A DNA stretch of 64,000 nt from an uncultured Chloroflexia bacterium (GTDB lineage Bacteria > Chloroflexota > Limnocylindria > Limnocylindrales > CSP1-4), in NCBI GenBank assembly GCA_963712745.1, contig CAVQJC010000020.1, positions 96,001 through 160,000 of the forward strand, in the 5' to 3' direction. Position 1 is the stretch's first letter. Each line of letters starts with the position of its first letter. A program made the position numbers and the translations under genes. Shown here in pieces: positions 30,250 to 40,374 of this stretch. The notes beneath the pieces were generated by a model. That model searched no databases and was not told where the DNA came from. It saw nothing but the letters and a program-made list of their open reading frames with translations.

Positions 30250-30348
30250 GGCTCCAGCATAATCGGCTGGACGCTGCTCGTGGCGCGAGCGTCCGCACGG
30301 GCCACCCCGACCCGACCGCGCGGGCGCGCTTGGGCCTACCATGGGCCG

Positions 30349-30633
30349 ATGCTGCAGCAGGATGGATCGATACGTATCGCCTGGCAGGCCGACGGCTTCG
30401 AGGCCATCTTCGTGCGTGCACGCTTCCGGCCGGCGCCCGAGCTGGCGGACTTCGCCAGGGGCGTGGCCGACGTGGCCTTGCTGGAACGCTCGTTGCCGGA
30501 CCTGCGCACCGCCCTGCGCAAGCGATACCCGGGCGCATTCGATCTCCTCACCGACGAACCGGCCTCGGCCCCATGGCGCGTGATCGTCAGCTTCCATCCA
30601 CCACGCGGGGAGCCCAACCCGGACCCATGGTGA
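30349..30633 (+). CDS. Hypothetical protein (94 aa)
   Basis: TACCAT-N6-ATG, typical codon use, overlaps the next start. Confidence 0.65.
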   Translation: MLQQDGSIRIAWQADGFEAIFVRARFRPAPELADFARGVADVALLERSLPDLRTALRKRYPGAFDLLTDEPASAPWRVIVSFHPPRGEPNPDPW

Positions 30634-31724
30634 GCACGCCAAGGATGCTTGAGATCACCGAGCCGACAGGCGCCTTCGAGCGCATCGAGTCCTACCTGCG
30701 CGAGGCCGGCTTCTTCGTGACCGGCACCGCTGGTCTGCCCGCGGGCCGCGACGCTCGCTGGGCCGATGTCTACCTCGGTTATGCCCTGTCCGAGCCCATG
30801 CGGCGGTCCGGGCGAGCCCGACGGCCGGAGCCAGCCGAGCTGCCGGTGGCGGCCGTGCAGCTGTACGAGGCTGGGGAAGCGCCCGCGACAGTGGGCCCGT
30901 TCGAAGTGGGCGCCTGGGAACCGACCTGGCCGGCTGCCGACTACGCGCGGGCGGTGTCTGCCGCACGCGAGGCCATCGCCGCCGGCGAGGTCTACCAGGT
31001 CAATCTGGTGCAGCATCTCTCGGCTCCGTTCGGCGGTGATGCGGCGGGCCTCGCGGTCGCCCTGGCGCCCCTCGCTCCGCTCCACCCACGGATGCTGTCC
31101 GGCGACGGCTGGTCGATCGTGTCAGCCTCCCCGGAGCTCTTCCTGGCACGCCGTGGCGATCGTCTCCGCACGATGCCCATCAAGGGCACCCGGCCCAGCG
31201 GTGACGCAGCGGGCCTGCGCGACTCGGTCAAGGACGCCGCGGAGCACGTCATGATCGTCGACCTCGAGCGCAACGACCTGGGGCGCATCTGCCTGCCCGG
31301 TAGCGTCGCCTGGCCGGAGCTGATGCAGGCGCGGCAGATGGCCGGCGTCGAGCACCTCGTCTCGTGCGTCGAGGGCACCATCCGCCACGGGATCGGCTGG
31401 GCCGACGCCATGGCCGCCCTGTTCCCCGGTGGCTCGGTCACCGGCGCTCCCAAGATCGCCGCGCTCGACCACATCAACGCGCTCGAACCGGTCGGCCGCG
31501 GGGCGTCCATGGGCGCGCTCGGCAGGGTCTGGCCGAACGGCGACTTCGAGCTGGCCTTGACCATCCGCACCTTCGCGGTCGCGGGCGACCGTATCCACCT
31601 CTGGGTCGGTGGCGGCGTGGTCTGGGACTCGGACCCCGGCGCCGAGGTCGAGGAGTCGTGGGTCAAGGCTCGCCCGCTGCTGGAGGCCATCCGCACGGCC
31701 TCGCCCGCCCCTCTCGCCGCATGA
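30627..31724 (+). CDS. pabB: Chorismate-binding protein (PabB/TrpE-like)
   Basis: GEVYQVNL, ASPELF, PIKGT, EHVMIVDLERNDL, FPGGSVTGAPK. Confidence 0.85.
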   Translation: MVSTPRMLEITEPTGAFERIESYLREAGFFVTGTAGLPAGRDARWADVYLGYALSEPMRRSGRARRPEPAELPVAAVQLYEAGEAPATVGPFEVGAWEPTWPAADYARAVSAAREAIAAGEVYQVNLVQHLSAPFGGDAAGLAVALAPLAPLHPRMLSGDGWSIVSASPELFLARRGDRLRTMPIKGTRPSGDAAGLRDSVKDAAEHVMIVDLERNDLGRICLPGSVAWPELMQARQMAGVEHLVSCVEGTIRHGIGWADAMAALFPGGSVTGAPKIAALDHINALEPVGRGASMGALGRVWPNGDFELALTIRTFAVAGDRIHLWVGGGVVWDSDPGAEVEESWVKARPLLEAIRTASPAPLAA

Positions 31725-32584
31725 AACCCGACCTGACGCCGCTCGCGGTCGGCGTGCTCGGACGCGGCGTGGTGGACCCCGAGGTTCCGGTCATCCACGC
31801 CGACGATGCCGGTCTCCTGCGAGGGCTGGCGGCCTTCGAGACCGTGCGCGTCTACGGCGGTCGACCGTTCGCCATGTCGGAGCACCTCGATCGACTCCGC
31901 CAGTCGGCCCTGCGGATGCAGCTCGAGGCACCCGACACCGCCGGTCTCGAACGGCTTGCCGGCGAGGTCATCGAGGCCGCGGGTGCCACCGACTGCGCCA
32001 TCCGGCTGACCGTCACCGGCGGTCGTCCCGGCGCAGGACCCGTGTCGATGGTCGTGGTCCTGCCCGTCGCGCTGGACCTCGAGGACGTGCGCGCCGCAGG
32101 TATCGCCGCAGTCTCGCTGCAGCTGGGGACCGATCCGCGGCTGCGCAGGGACGCGCCCTGGCTGCTCGACGGAGTGAAGTCGACCTCGTACGCGGTGAAC
32201 ATGGCCGCTTTCGACGAGGCTCGCCGTCGGGGTGCGCAGGACGCTGTCTTCATCGCCGCTGATGGCTCCGTGCTCGAGGGGCCGGTCACCAACGTGTGGT
32301 GGCGGCGCGGGAGCTCGCTCTTCACCCCCGCGATCGACCTCGGCATCCTGGCCGGCGTGACCCGGGCCTATGTCATCCGCATCGCCGACGAGCTCGGCTA
32401 TGGCGTGTCCGAAGGCTGGTTCCCACTGGCCGAGATGGCCGCCGCCGACGAGGCCTTCAGCTCGTCATCGGTGCGCGAGATCATGCCTATCGTGCGGCTG
32501 GACGGCGAGCCCGTCGGCGACGGCAGGCCGGGCGAGGCTGCGCGGGCACTGCAGCAGGGTCTGCGGCGGGCTGCCCACGCGTAG
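31721..32584 (+). CDS. Class IV aminotransferase (PabC/ADC lyase-like)
   Basis: FETVR, HLDRL, VKSTSY, EGPVTN, GILAGVTR. Confidence 0.88.
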   Translation: MKPDLTPLAVGVLGRGVVDPEVPVIHADDAGLLRGLAAFETVRVYGGRPFAMSEHLDRLRQSALRMQLEAPDTAGLERLAGEVIEAAGATDCAIRLTVTGGRPGAGPVSMVVVLPVALDLEDVRAAGIAAVSLQLGTDPRLRRDAPWLLDGVKSTSYAVNMAAFDEARRRGAQDAVFIAADGSVLEGPVTNVWWRRGSSLFTPAIDLGILAGVTRAYVIRIADELGYGVSEGWFPLAEMAAADEAFSSSSVREIMPIVRLDGEPVGDGRPGEAARALQQGLRRAAHA

Positions 32585-32591
32585 CGGGGAA

Positions 32592-32862
32592 TCACAAGAC
32601 CCACACTCCGTGCGTGGGTCCTAGGTCATCCGGTTCGCGCATCACAGGGCCCGCGCAGTCGCACACGACCCCAGTCGCGCGGATCAGCCGGCGCGAGTAT
32701 CAGATGAGATGTTGCCCGCTCGGGGCCTGGTCAGAAGGTTGCTCATCCCGCGCGATCCATCCGCTGTCTGCGGCAGCGCCCACGACCTCTCCGAGGCCTT
32801 GGGGCTCCGATTATTCCGGACCTGCCGGTTGCGGAGATCGACCATTCGATCCGAGTACCTCC
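32592..32862 (-). ncRNA. Candidate structured ncRNA (about 270 nt), family unassigned
   Basis: TTCCCT-N17-TACAGT promoter (32897-32869), nested long-range helices and a terminal hairpin, in an otherwise gene-free interval between convergent genes. Confidence 0.5.
32598..32620. terminator. Hairpin terminator
   Basis: GACCCAC...GTGGGTC stem, followed on the minus strand by TTGTGATT. Confidence 0.55.
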
Positions 32863-32919
32863 AGCCCGACTGTACTCCTTGGCGGCGGCGGAGGGAAGCC
32901 CCTTTGGTGAGACGCGGTC

Positions 32920-33531
32920 TCAGGCCCTCGGCGGCTCCTCGGTGTCGCCCGGCTGGAAGCTGCCGCCCTCGGCCTTGAGCTTGGCCTTGTAGGCCCGCTT
33001 CTTGTCCTGATAGGCCGCGAGCGCCTCTGCCGAGTCGACATCGGCCAGCGTGGGGTAGCCCGGCATGACCTCGGCAAGTCCGTCGAGCTGCAATCCGAAC
33101 CGTCGGCCCAGGATGGCCAACAGCGCCTTGGCCTTCATCTCGCCGATACCGGGCAGGGCCAGCAGGCGCCGCTCGAGGTCCGGCCCGTCGACCGCCTCGG
33201 TCCAGATGCGGGCGGCATCGCCTGCATAGGTCTCGGCGATCGCCGCGCAGAACGCCTGGGTCCGCTTGGCCATATTGCCCGGAAAGCGATGCAGGGCTGG
33301 CCGCTCGCGAAAGGCCGCTTCGAGGTCGCCCGGGTCCATGGCCGCGATGTCGCCGGCGGTCAGCGTGCCGATCCGTCGGCGCAGCTCGAGCGGACCGGCA
33401 AAGGCCTTCTGGACACTCACCTGCTGGTCGAGCACGAAGCCGATGAGCAAGGCCATCGGGTCGCTGGCGAGGAGGGCATCGGCCTCGGGGTCGCCGGTGA
33501 AGGGCAGCATGTCGGGTGGCATGGCATTCAT
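32920..33531 (-). CDS. HhH-GPD-type base excision repair protein
   Basis: LLIGFVLDQQV, PALHRFPGNMA, LPGIGEMKA, TLADVDS; TACCCT-N6-ATG. Confidence 0.88.
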   Translation of the reverse strand: MNAMPPDMLPFTGDPEADALLASDPMALLIGFVLDQQVSVQKAFAGPLELRRRIGTLTAGDIAAMDPGDLEAAFRERPALHRFPGNMAKRTQAFCAAIAETYAGDAARIWTEAVDGPDLERRLLALPGIGEMKAKALLAILGRRFGLQLDGLAEVMPGYPTLADVDSAEALAAYQDKKRAYKAKLKAEGGSFQPGDTEEPPRA

Positions 33532-33770
33532 GGCGGCAGGGTACCCTGACCATCGTTCGAGGGCACATTCGAACAGATGCGCTACACTGCCTGTACATCC
33601 CGAAAGCCGCGCGCGGTCGAGCACCGGAGAACCCGGCCTGCTCCCGCTGACGCGAGCCGACCAACGATCATCCGCTCCCCGCGACGGGATGCGTCGAGCG
33701 GAACACACCACTCAGGCCTGGCCCGAGCGCACCTGCGAGGTCGCGCCGCCGGCCGAAAGGGATACCCACC

Positions 33771-33995
33771 ATGCTTTCACGAGCACCTCACACATCACTC
33801 CACATCAGTCGGCGGAGCCACGCTCAGCGGCGCCTCCGCCGGGCCGCGACCCATCGCCTCTTCTGCAGCACCAACGGCTGCACCACGTTCATGGTCACTG
33901 CCGACGATGGACGCAGCGCCACCTGCCCGGTCTGCGGCCTCGAGCGCAAGCTGCGCCCGCAGGGGGAAGGTGCGGTCGCCGCACGCGCCCACTGA
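33771..33995 (+). CDS. Small basic Zn-ribbon-like protein
   Basis: CSTNGC and CPVC; AAAGGGA RBS. Confidence 0.6.
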   Translation: MLSRAPHTSLHISRRSHAQRRLRRAATHRLFCSTNGCTTFMVTADDGRSATCPVCGLERKLRPQGEGAVAARAH

Positions 33996-34048
33996 CCCCA
34001 GGCCGCCGGTATGTGACAGGCCCGGGCCCAGCGTGCGAGCATCCGCGC

Positions 34049-34546
34049 GTGGAACGCTCGCGTGAACCGACCAGGGAGTCGCTCGTCCGGAGGGACGCCG
34101 AGGGTGCGATGCGAACAGCTCCGTCCTGGGAGACGTTGACCGAGCGCCTCATCCGCGAGGCCCAGGCTGACGGGCACTTCGACGACCTGCCTGGCCACGG
34201 CCGACCGCTCAAGCTCGACGACGTCCACTTCGCGGGGGAAATGGCCCTGGCGCACCATTTGCTGCACAACGCCGGTGTCGCACCCCCTTGGATCGAGACG
34301 GACAAGGAAGCCAGGGGCGCACTCGCCGCCATCGAAGCGTTGTTGGTGCGCGCACGGGGATCTGGGCCAGCCTCGGCCGCTCGCCTCGGCGCGGAGCTGG
34401 AGGCGTTCGCCGACGCTCACGACGAGGCCGCCGACCGCCTGGAGCGACTGGCTCCGACCATCCGGCAGCACCGCACCCAGCTCGATCGCCCTCGCCTGCG
34501 GCGCCGGCTCGAGATGGCCCTGGCCACTGAGCGCGGCCCGTCTTGA
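34049..34546 (+). CDS. DUF1992 / DnaJ-related domain protein
   Basis: ERLIREAQADGHFDDLPGHGRPL and GVAPPWI; start uncertain (34049 or 34109). Confidence 0.8.
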   Translation: MERSREPTRESLVRRDAEGAMRTAPSWETLTERLIREAQADGHFDDLPGHGRPLKLDDVHFAGEMALAHHLLHNAGVAPPWIETDKEARGALAAIEALLVRARGSGPASAARLGAELEAFADAHDEAADRLERLAPTIRQHRTQLDRPRLRRRLEMALATERGPS

Positions 34547-34926
34547 CCGAGAACGTGAGGCGGCCGGAGTCGCAGATGGAAGACGACCTCGTCGCCTGGG
34601 GCAAGGTCATCCGACTCGAGACTATCGGCCGTCGCACTGGGTCGACTCGCTCGGTCACGGTCGGATTCGTCCAGGAGCCGGCTGGTTCGCTCCTGCTGGC
34701 CGCCGGTTCGAAGGACGCGAGCTGGTCGGCCAACCTGCGCGCCGAGCCCCGCTGCCAGGCCACCCTCGCAGGACGGCGCCGGTCCTACGTGGCCGTCCCG
34801 CTCTCCGGAGCCGAGCGCCAGGCGGCGGTGGCAGCCCTCATCCTGAAGTACGGCACGCCGGCCGAGCGCCTGGGGAACGGCCCGGTGTTTCGCCTGCAAA
34901 CTTCGGACATCGACACCGACAGCTGA
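34543..34926 (+). CDS. Deazaflavin (F420)-dependent nitroreductase family protein
   Basis: LETIGRRTG and WSANLRAEP; PVFRL. Confidence 0.8.
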   Translation: MTENVRRPESQMEDDLVAWGKVIRLETIGRRTGSTRSVTVGFVQEPAGSLLLAAGSKDASWSANLRAEPRCQATLAGRRRSYVAVPLSGAERQAAVAALILKYGTPAERLGNGPVFRLQTSDIDTDS

Positions 34927-35113
34927 TCGGCCACGTGGCTAAGTACCGATCGCGGTCGCAACGTCTACACTGGCACCATCGCAAGAACGCGCTCTCGTTG
35001 ATTCCTGTCGCGGCACCTCCGGGTCGGTGCCCTGCGCGATACGCGCTGATACGAATGTGACCGCCCTGGACCTGGCCCTGAGGGTGGGCGGCACGACGAC
35101 AGCAAGGATCCGC

Positions 35114-36367
<1,254 letters not shown>

Positions 36368-36376
36368 GGTCCAACG

Positions 36377-38947
36377 CTAGCCGACGGCTAGCAGCTCCCC
36401 GCGGGCGAAGGCGCGGACGCGGATGTCGCGCGCCACGTCGTCGGCGACTTCGATGAGGTGGCGTCGGAGCAGGTCGCGGTCAGCGGCCAGCCCGGCGGCG
36501 AAGACGCGGATGCGCTCCAGCTCTGAGGGCTCCGCCCACAGATCCGGCACGAGCCAGCGCAGGTAGGCCTCCGCGTACGCATGGTCCCGGGTGGCATAGA
36601 CGTCCTCGACCGACTCGTAGAACCGTTCGCGGTACGGCAGCAGCAGCTCCCGCTGGTGGTGCCACTGGAAGCCGCTGATGGCTGCTCGCGTGAGGTAGTC
36701 GGAACCGTATCCCGCGCCGTTGATCCGCTCCCAGGCGTCGAGCTTGACACCAGCCTCGGGACGGCTGACCTGGGCCCGGATAGCCGCGCGCTGCCCGCGG
36801 TCGGAGCGGTCGCGGCCTCGCTCTGCGACGATCCGTTCGGCGGCGCCATCGAGGGCGAACGCCATCGCCTTTGTGGCCAGCGTCCAGCGGAGCTGCTGAT
36901 CAGCTGCGAACCCCTCGACCGACCAACGTCCGTCGACCAGGCCCAACAGCTCGGTGATATCGTCGGGTGCCGTCGCGAGCGCAGCGGCAGTGCGAGCCCA
37001 CACCAGGCGCAGATCGGGGTCGTCCGCCGCGCGCAAGGCGCCCATCGCCGCCCGCGTCAGGGACGCCGCGCTGGACTCGCGCAGCTCCTCGGGCACGTAG
37101 CGTCGCTGGGCCACCCTGGCGCGGTCGACGATGGCCTCGACCAGGGCCCGGTCTGTCTCGCGTGGCGCGAACTGGCGCACCGCCTCGAGGTACTCGGTCG
37201 AGCGCAGCCCCTCGGCCCGCACCATCTCCCATAGCGTCGACCACACCTGCTGGCGCAGCATGGCATCGGGCAAGTCCGGCAGGCGTTCGAGCGCGAAGTC
37301 CAACGAGCGCTCATCGAGCGCCACGAGCGCGTAGTCGTGGTCGCCGTGGTTGGGATAGACGAATGCGGGCGCGGAAAGGCCGCTCGCCTCAGGCACGGCC
37401 TGGCGCTCGCCTTCGATGCTCACGGGGATGGCTTCGATGGACAGGGCCCCATCCTCGTCTGCACTGACCAGCGCGATGACCGTGGCGTGCGGACGCAGCG
37501 TGGCGTTCGACTCCTCCGCGGACTGGACCACCTCCAGGGACTCGATGGCTCCGCCGTCGGCGAGCCATTCCACGCCGATGGTGTTCAGCGAGGGCGTCTG
37601 GAGCCACAGCCGGGCCCACTCGTCAAGCGGCTCTCCGGCGGCCTCACCGAGGGCACCGAGGAAGTCGGCCAGGGTGGCGTTGCCCCAGGCATGGCGGTCG
37701 ACGTAACGATGCAGGCCGCGGCGGAAGGCATCGTCACCCAGCCGGGCCACCAGCTGCTTGAGGACGGCCGCGCCTTTCTCGTAGGTGATGGCGTCGAAGT
37801 TGCCGATGGCCTGGTCGGTGTGCTCGACACGCGTGGCTACCGGATGGGTGGTGGCCAGCTGATCCTGTCGGTAGGCGGCCGGTCGCATCTGGCCGTTGAA
37901 GACCTGCCAGGCGTCCTCGAAACGCGTCGCTTCCGCCAGGCAGCGATAGGAGAGGTAGGTCGCGAAGGTCTCATTGAGCCACAGATCGTCCCACCAGCGC
38001 ATGGTCACGAGATCACCGAACCACATGTGTGCCAGCTCATGGAGGATGACCTCAGCGCGCATCAGGCGCTGGCTGTAGCTGGGCGGATCGCGGAACAGGA
38101 AGCTGTCGTGGAACGCGACCGCCCCCACGTTCTCCATGGCGCCCGCGTTGAACTCGGGCACGAAGAGCTGGTCGTACTTGCCGAAGGGAAACGGTCGTCC
38201 GAAGAGGTCGGCGAAGTAGTCCAGGCCCTGGGCGGTGACCTCGAAGATCTCGTCGGCGCTCCGTTCGAGCTCCGTCACCATGGAGGCTCGACCGTAGACG
38301 CCCAACGGGATGCCGTCATGCCCCGACTCGACACGCACGAAGGGGCCGGCGAGGAGCGCGAAGACGTACGTCGAGAAGCGCGAGGTGCGCGGGAATTCGT
38401 GCAGCCGGCGGCTGCCGGCCAGGGGGCTGATGTCGACCGCGGCATCCGAGCTGACCACCTGCCACTCGCGCGGAACAGTGACCATCGGGCGGTATGTGGC
38501 CTTGATATCCGGCTGGTCGAAGCTGGGGAAGAGCCGGTGCGCCGAGAACGGTTCGAGGTTGCTGTAGACGTAGCTCTCCCCGTCCTCGGGGTCGATGAAG
38601 TGGTGGAGTCCGTCGCCGGTGTCGTCGTAGTGGTTCTCGTACTCGATGATGACCCGGTTGTGGGTCCGCAGGCAGTCCGGCCGCAGCCACAGCCGGCTGT
38701 CGCGGTGGTCGGGCTCTTCCTCGGTGCCGTTCACGGTCAACCGCCGGACCAGGCCGCTGAAGTCCAGGAAGAGAGGCTGATCGCGTGATTCGAGGTGGAA
38801 GGTGATGATGACGTGGCCGGTGTAGGTCTCGCGGCCCTCGGTCAACTCGAGACTCAGCTCGTAGTCGACCGTATGGACGCGCACCGCTCGCTCGGCCGCC
38901 TCGTGGCGGAAGAGGACATCGCGTCCGTGGCCGCCATGCGCTGTCAT
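36377..38947 (-). CDS. pepN: Aminopeptidase N (M1)
   Basis: GAMEN, HELAHMWFGDLVT, WLNE, ITYEKGA. Confidence 0.95.
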   Translation of the reverse strand: MTAHGGHGRDVLFRHEAAERAVRVHTVDYELSLELTEGRETYTGHVIITFHLESRDQPLFLDFSGLVRRLTVNGTEEEPDHRDSRLWLRPDCLRTHNRVIIEYENHYDDTGDGLHHFIDPEDGESYVYSNLEPFSAHRLFPSFDQPDIKATYRPMVTVPREWQVVSSDAAVDISPLAGSRRLHEFPRTSRFSTYVFALLAGPFVRVESGHDGIPLGVYGRASMVTELERSADEIFEVTAQGLDYFADLFGRPFPFGKYDQLFVPEFNAGAMENVGAVAFHDSFLFRDPPSYSQRLMRAEVILHELAHMWFGDLVTMRWWDDLWLNETFATYLSYRCLAEATRFEDAWQVFNGQMRPAAYRQDQLATTHPVATRVEHTDQAIGNFDAITYEKGAAVLKQLVARLGDDAFRRGLHRYVDRHAWGNATLADFLGALGEAAGEPLDEWARLWLQTPSLNTIGVEWLADGGAIESLEVVQSAEESNATLRPHATVIALVSADEDGALSIEAIPVSIEGERQAVPEASGLSAPAFVYPNHGDHDYALVALDERSLDFALERLPDLPDAMLRQQVWSTLWEMVRAEGLRSTEYLEAVRQFAPRETDRALVEAIVDRARVAQRRYVPEELRESSAASLTRAAMGALRAADDPDLRLVWARTAAALATAPDDITELLGLVDGRWSVEGFAADQQLRWTLATKAMAFALDGAAERIVAERGRDRSDRGQRAAIRAQVSRPEAGVKLDAWERINGAGYGSDYLTRAAISGFQWHHQRELLLPYRERFYESVEDVYATRDHAYAEAYLRWLVPDLWAEPSELERIRVFAAGLAADRDLLRRHLIEVADDVARDIRVRAFARGELLAVG

Positions 38948-39113
38948 CGTGGGCAGACGTTCCTCGTGGCGACGGAGACTCTAGGAAGTCTAGCGTGCAG
39001 CCCCTTATCTGCCACTTATCTGGGGAGGGTGGGCCATTCCGTCAGGACAGCCAAGCCCAAGACCAAGCCCAAGCCCCGAGAGGCTCGATGCCTCTTTGTG
39101 TCACTCTCTAGGT

Positions 39114-40325
39114 ATGTCCTCTGTACCCCCCTCCACTTCCGCGGCTGACCTGCTGCGATCCATCGGCCTGGAAGTCGACGGGCCCGCACGCTGGGGCTCC
39201 AAGCCGACCAGCCGCTCTCCAGGGATCTTCGTGGTGGAGACCCCTGCCGCTTCCGATTCCGCACCCATCGACATCGACGAGGTCCGACGCTGGCTCGAGC
39301 GGGTGCCCGACCTGCGCCTGGACGGCGAACGGCCCACGCAGACGACGTTGGCCGAGCGATTGCGTTCGTTCTGGGTCCCCGGTCAGTCGCTGCTCTACGT
39401 CGGACGGACGTCCAAGAGTCTGAGTGCGCGAGTGGCCTCGCTCTACGCCACCGAACTCGGCCATGCGCGACCGCATCCGGGCGGCTACTGGCTCAAGACC
39501 CTGCGGGATCAGAGCCGGTTGAGACTGTGGTGGGCGGAGACCGATGCTCCCGAGGAGTACGAGGACGAGCTCATCGAGATCTTCGCCAGCGCCATCCCCG
39601 AGGACATCCGGCGGCAGCTGCCGGAAGGCGCGCCCCTGCTCCCGTGGGCGAACCTAGACTCACCCACCGGTCCTACCCGGGAGACCGGTGTCCAGTCTGC
39701 GCTCCTGTCGGTCGAGGTGACTCCGACCAAGACGTCGAACGTCAAGCGGTCCGACCGATCGGGTCGCAAGCGCAGTGCCCCCGCGGCTTCGGGCGCCGCC
39801 CGAAGCCCCCGCCGCACTGCGGCCAAGGCCGCCTCTGGCAACGGCGCCGCGGCTGCCTCGCCGCCCAGGGAAGCTCCCACCCACGTGACGGCCCAGGGCC
39901 TGGTGGCCATGCAGGCAGAACTCGGACGGCTCAAGACCGAGGAGCGGCCGCAGGTGGTCGACCGCGTCAAGAACGCGCGTGAGCTGGGTGACCTGCGCGA
40001 GAACGCCGATTACGAGGCCGCGCGCAACGAGCAGTCATTCCTCGAGGGCCGCATCCTCGAGCTGGAGCGCCGGGTGCGGACCGCCGAGGTCATCGAAGCC
40101 GGAACCAGCGGCTCCATCTCGATGGGCTCGACCGTGGTCTACGAGGTCGACGGCGAGCAGGACGAGCTGACGATCGTGGGCTCCACTGAGTCGGACCCGG
40201 CCAACGGCAAGATCAGCGCCGCCTCGCCGGTGGGCAAGGCACTGCTGGGGCATCGCGGCGGGGATGACGTGGTCGTGACCACGCCGGCGGCGTCGATCCG
40301 CTACCGCATCGTAGAGGTCAAGTAG
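39114..40325 (+). CDS. greA: GIY-YIG-like domain fused to transcription elongation factor GreA
   Basis: C-terminal GDLRENADYEAAR...ISAASPVGKALLG (GreA); N-terminal PGIFVV...LLYVGRTSKSLSARV...EDELI...LPWANL; single open frame. Confidence 0.85.
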   Translation: MSSVPPSTSAADLLRSIGLEVDGPARWGSKPTSRSPGIFVVETPAASDSAPIDIDEVRRWLERVPDLRLDGERPTQTTLAERLRSFWVPGQSLLYVGRTSKSLSARVASLYATELGHARPHPGGYWLKTLRDQSRLRLWWAETDAPEEYEDELIEIFASAIPEDIRRQLPEGAPLLPWANLDSPTGPTRETGVQSALLSVEVTPTKTSNVKRSDRSGRKRSAPAASGAARSPRRTAAKAASGNGAAAASPPREAPTHVTAQGLVAMQAELGRLKTEERPQVVDRVKNARELGDLRENADYEAARNEQSFLEGRILELERRVRTAEVIEAGTSGSISMGSTVVYEVDGEQDELTIVGSTESDPANGKISAASPVGKALLGHRGGDDVVVTTPAASIRYRIVEVK

Positions 40326-40374
40326 TCCCGGTCCGTACCGGGACTTCGGCGCTGGCTGTTCGTCAGTCCGATGG

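Noticed and set aside
32700-32750. SRP RNA
   Set aside because: The apex lacks the GNRA tetraloop and AGCAG of helix 8; kept only as an unassigned ncRNA.
39050-39076. CCAAG(C/A) hexamer run as a functional element
   Set aside because: Four short imperfect copies with no ORF or other support.
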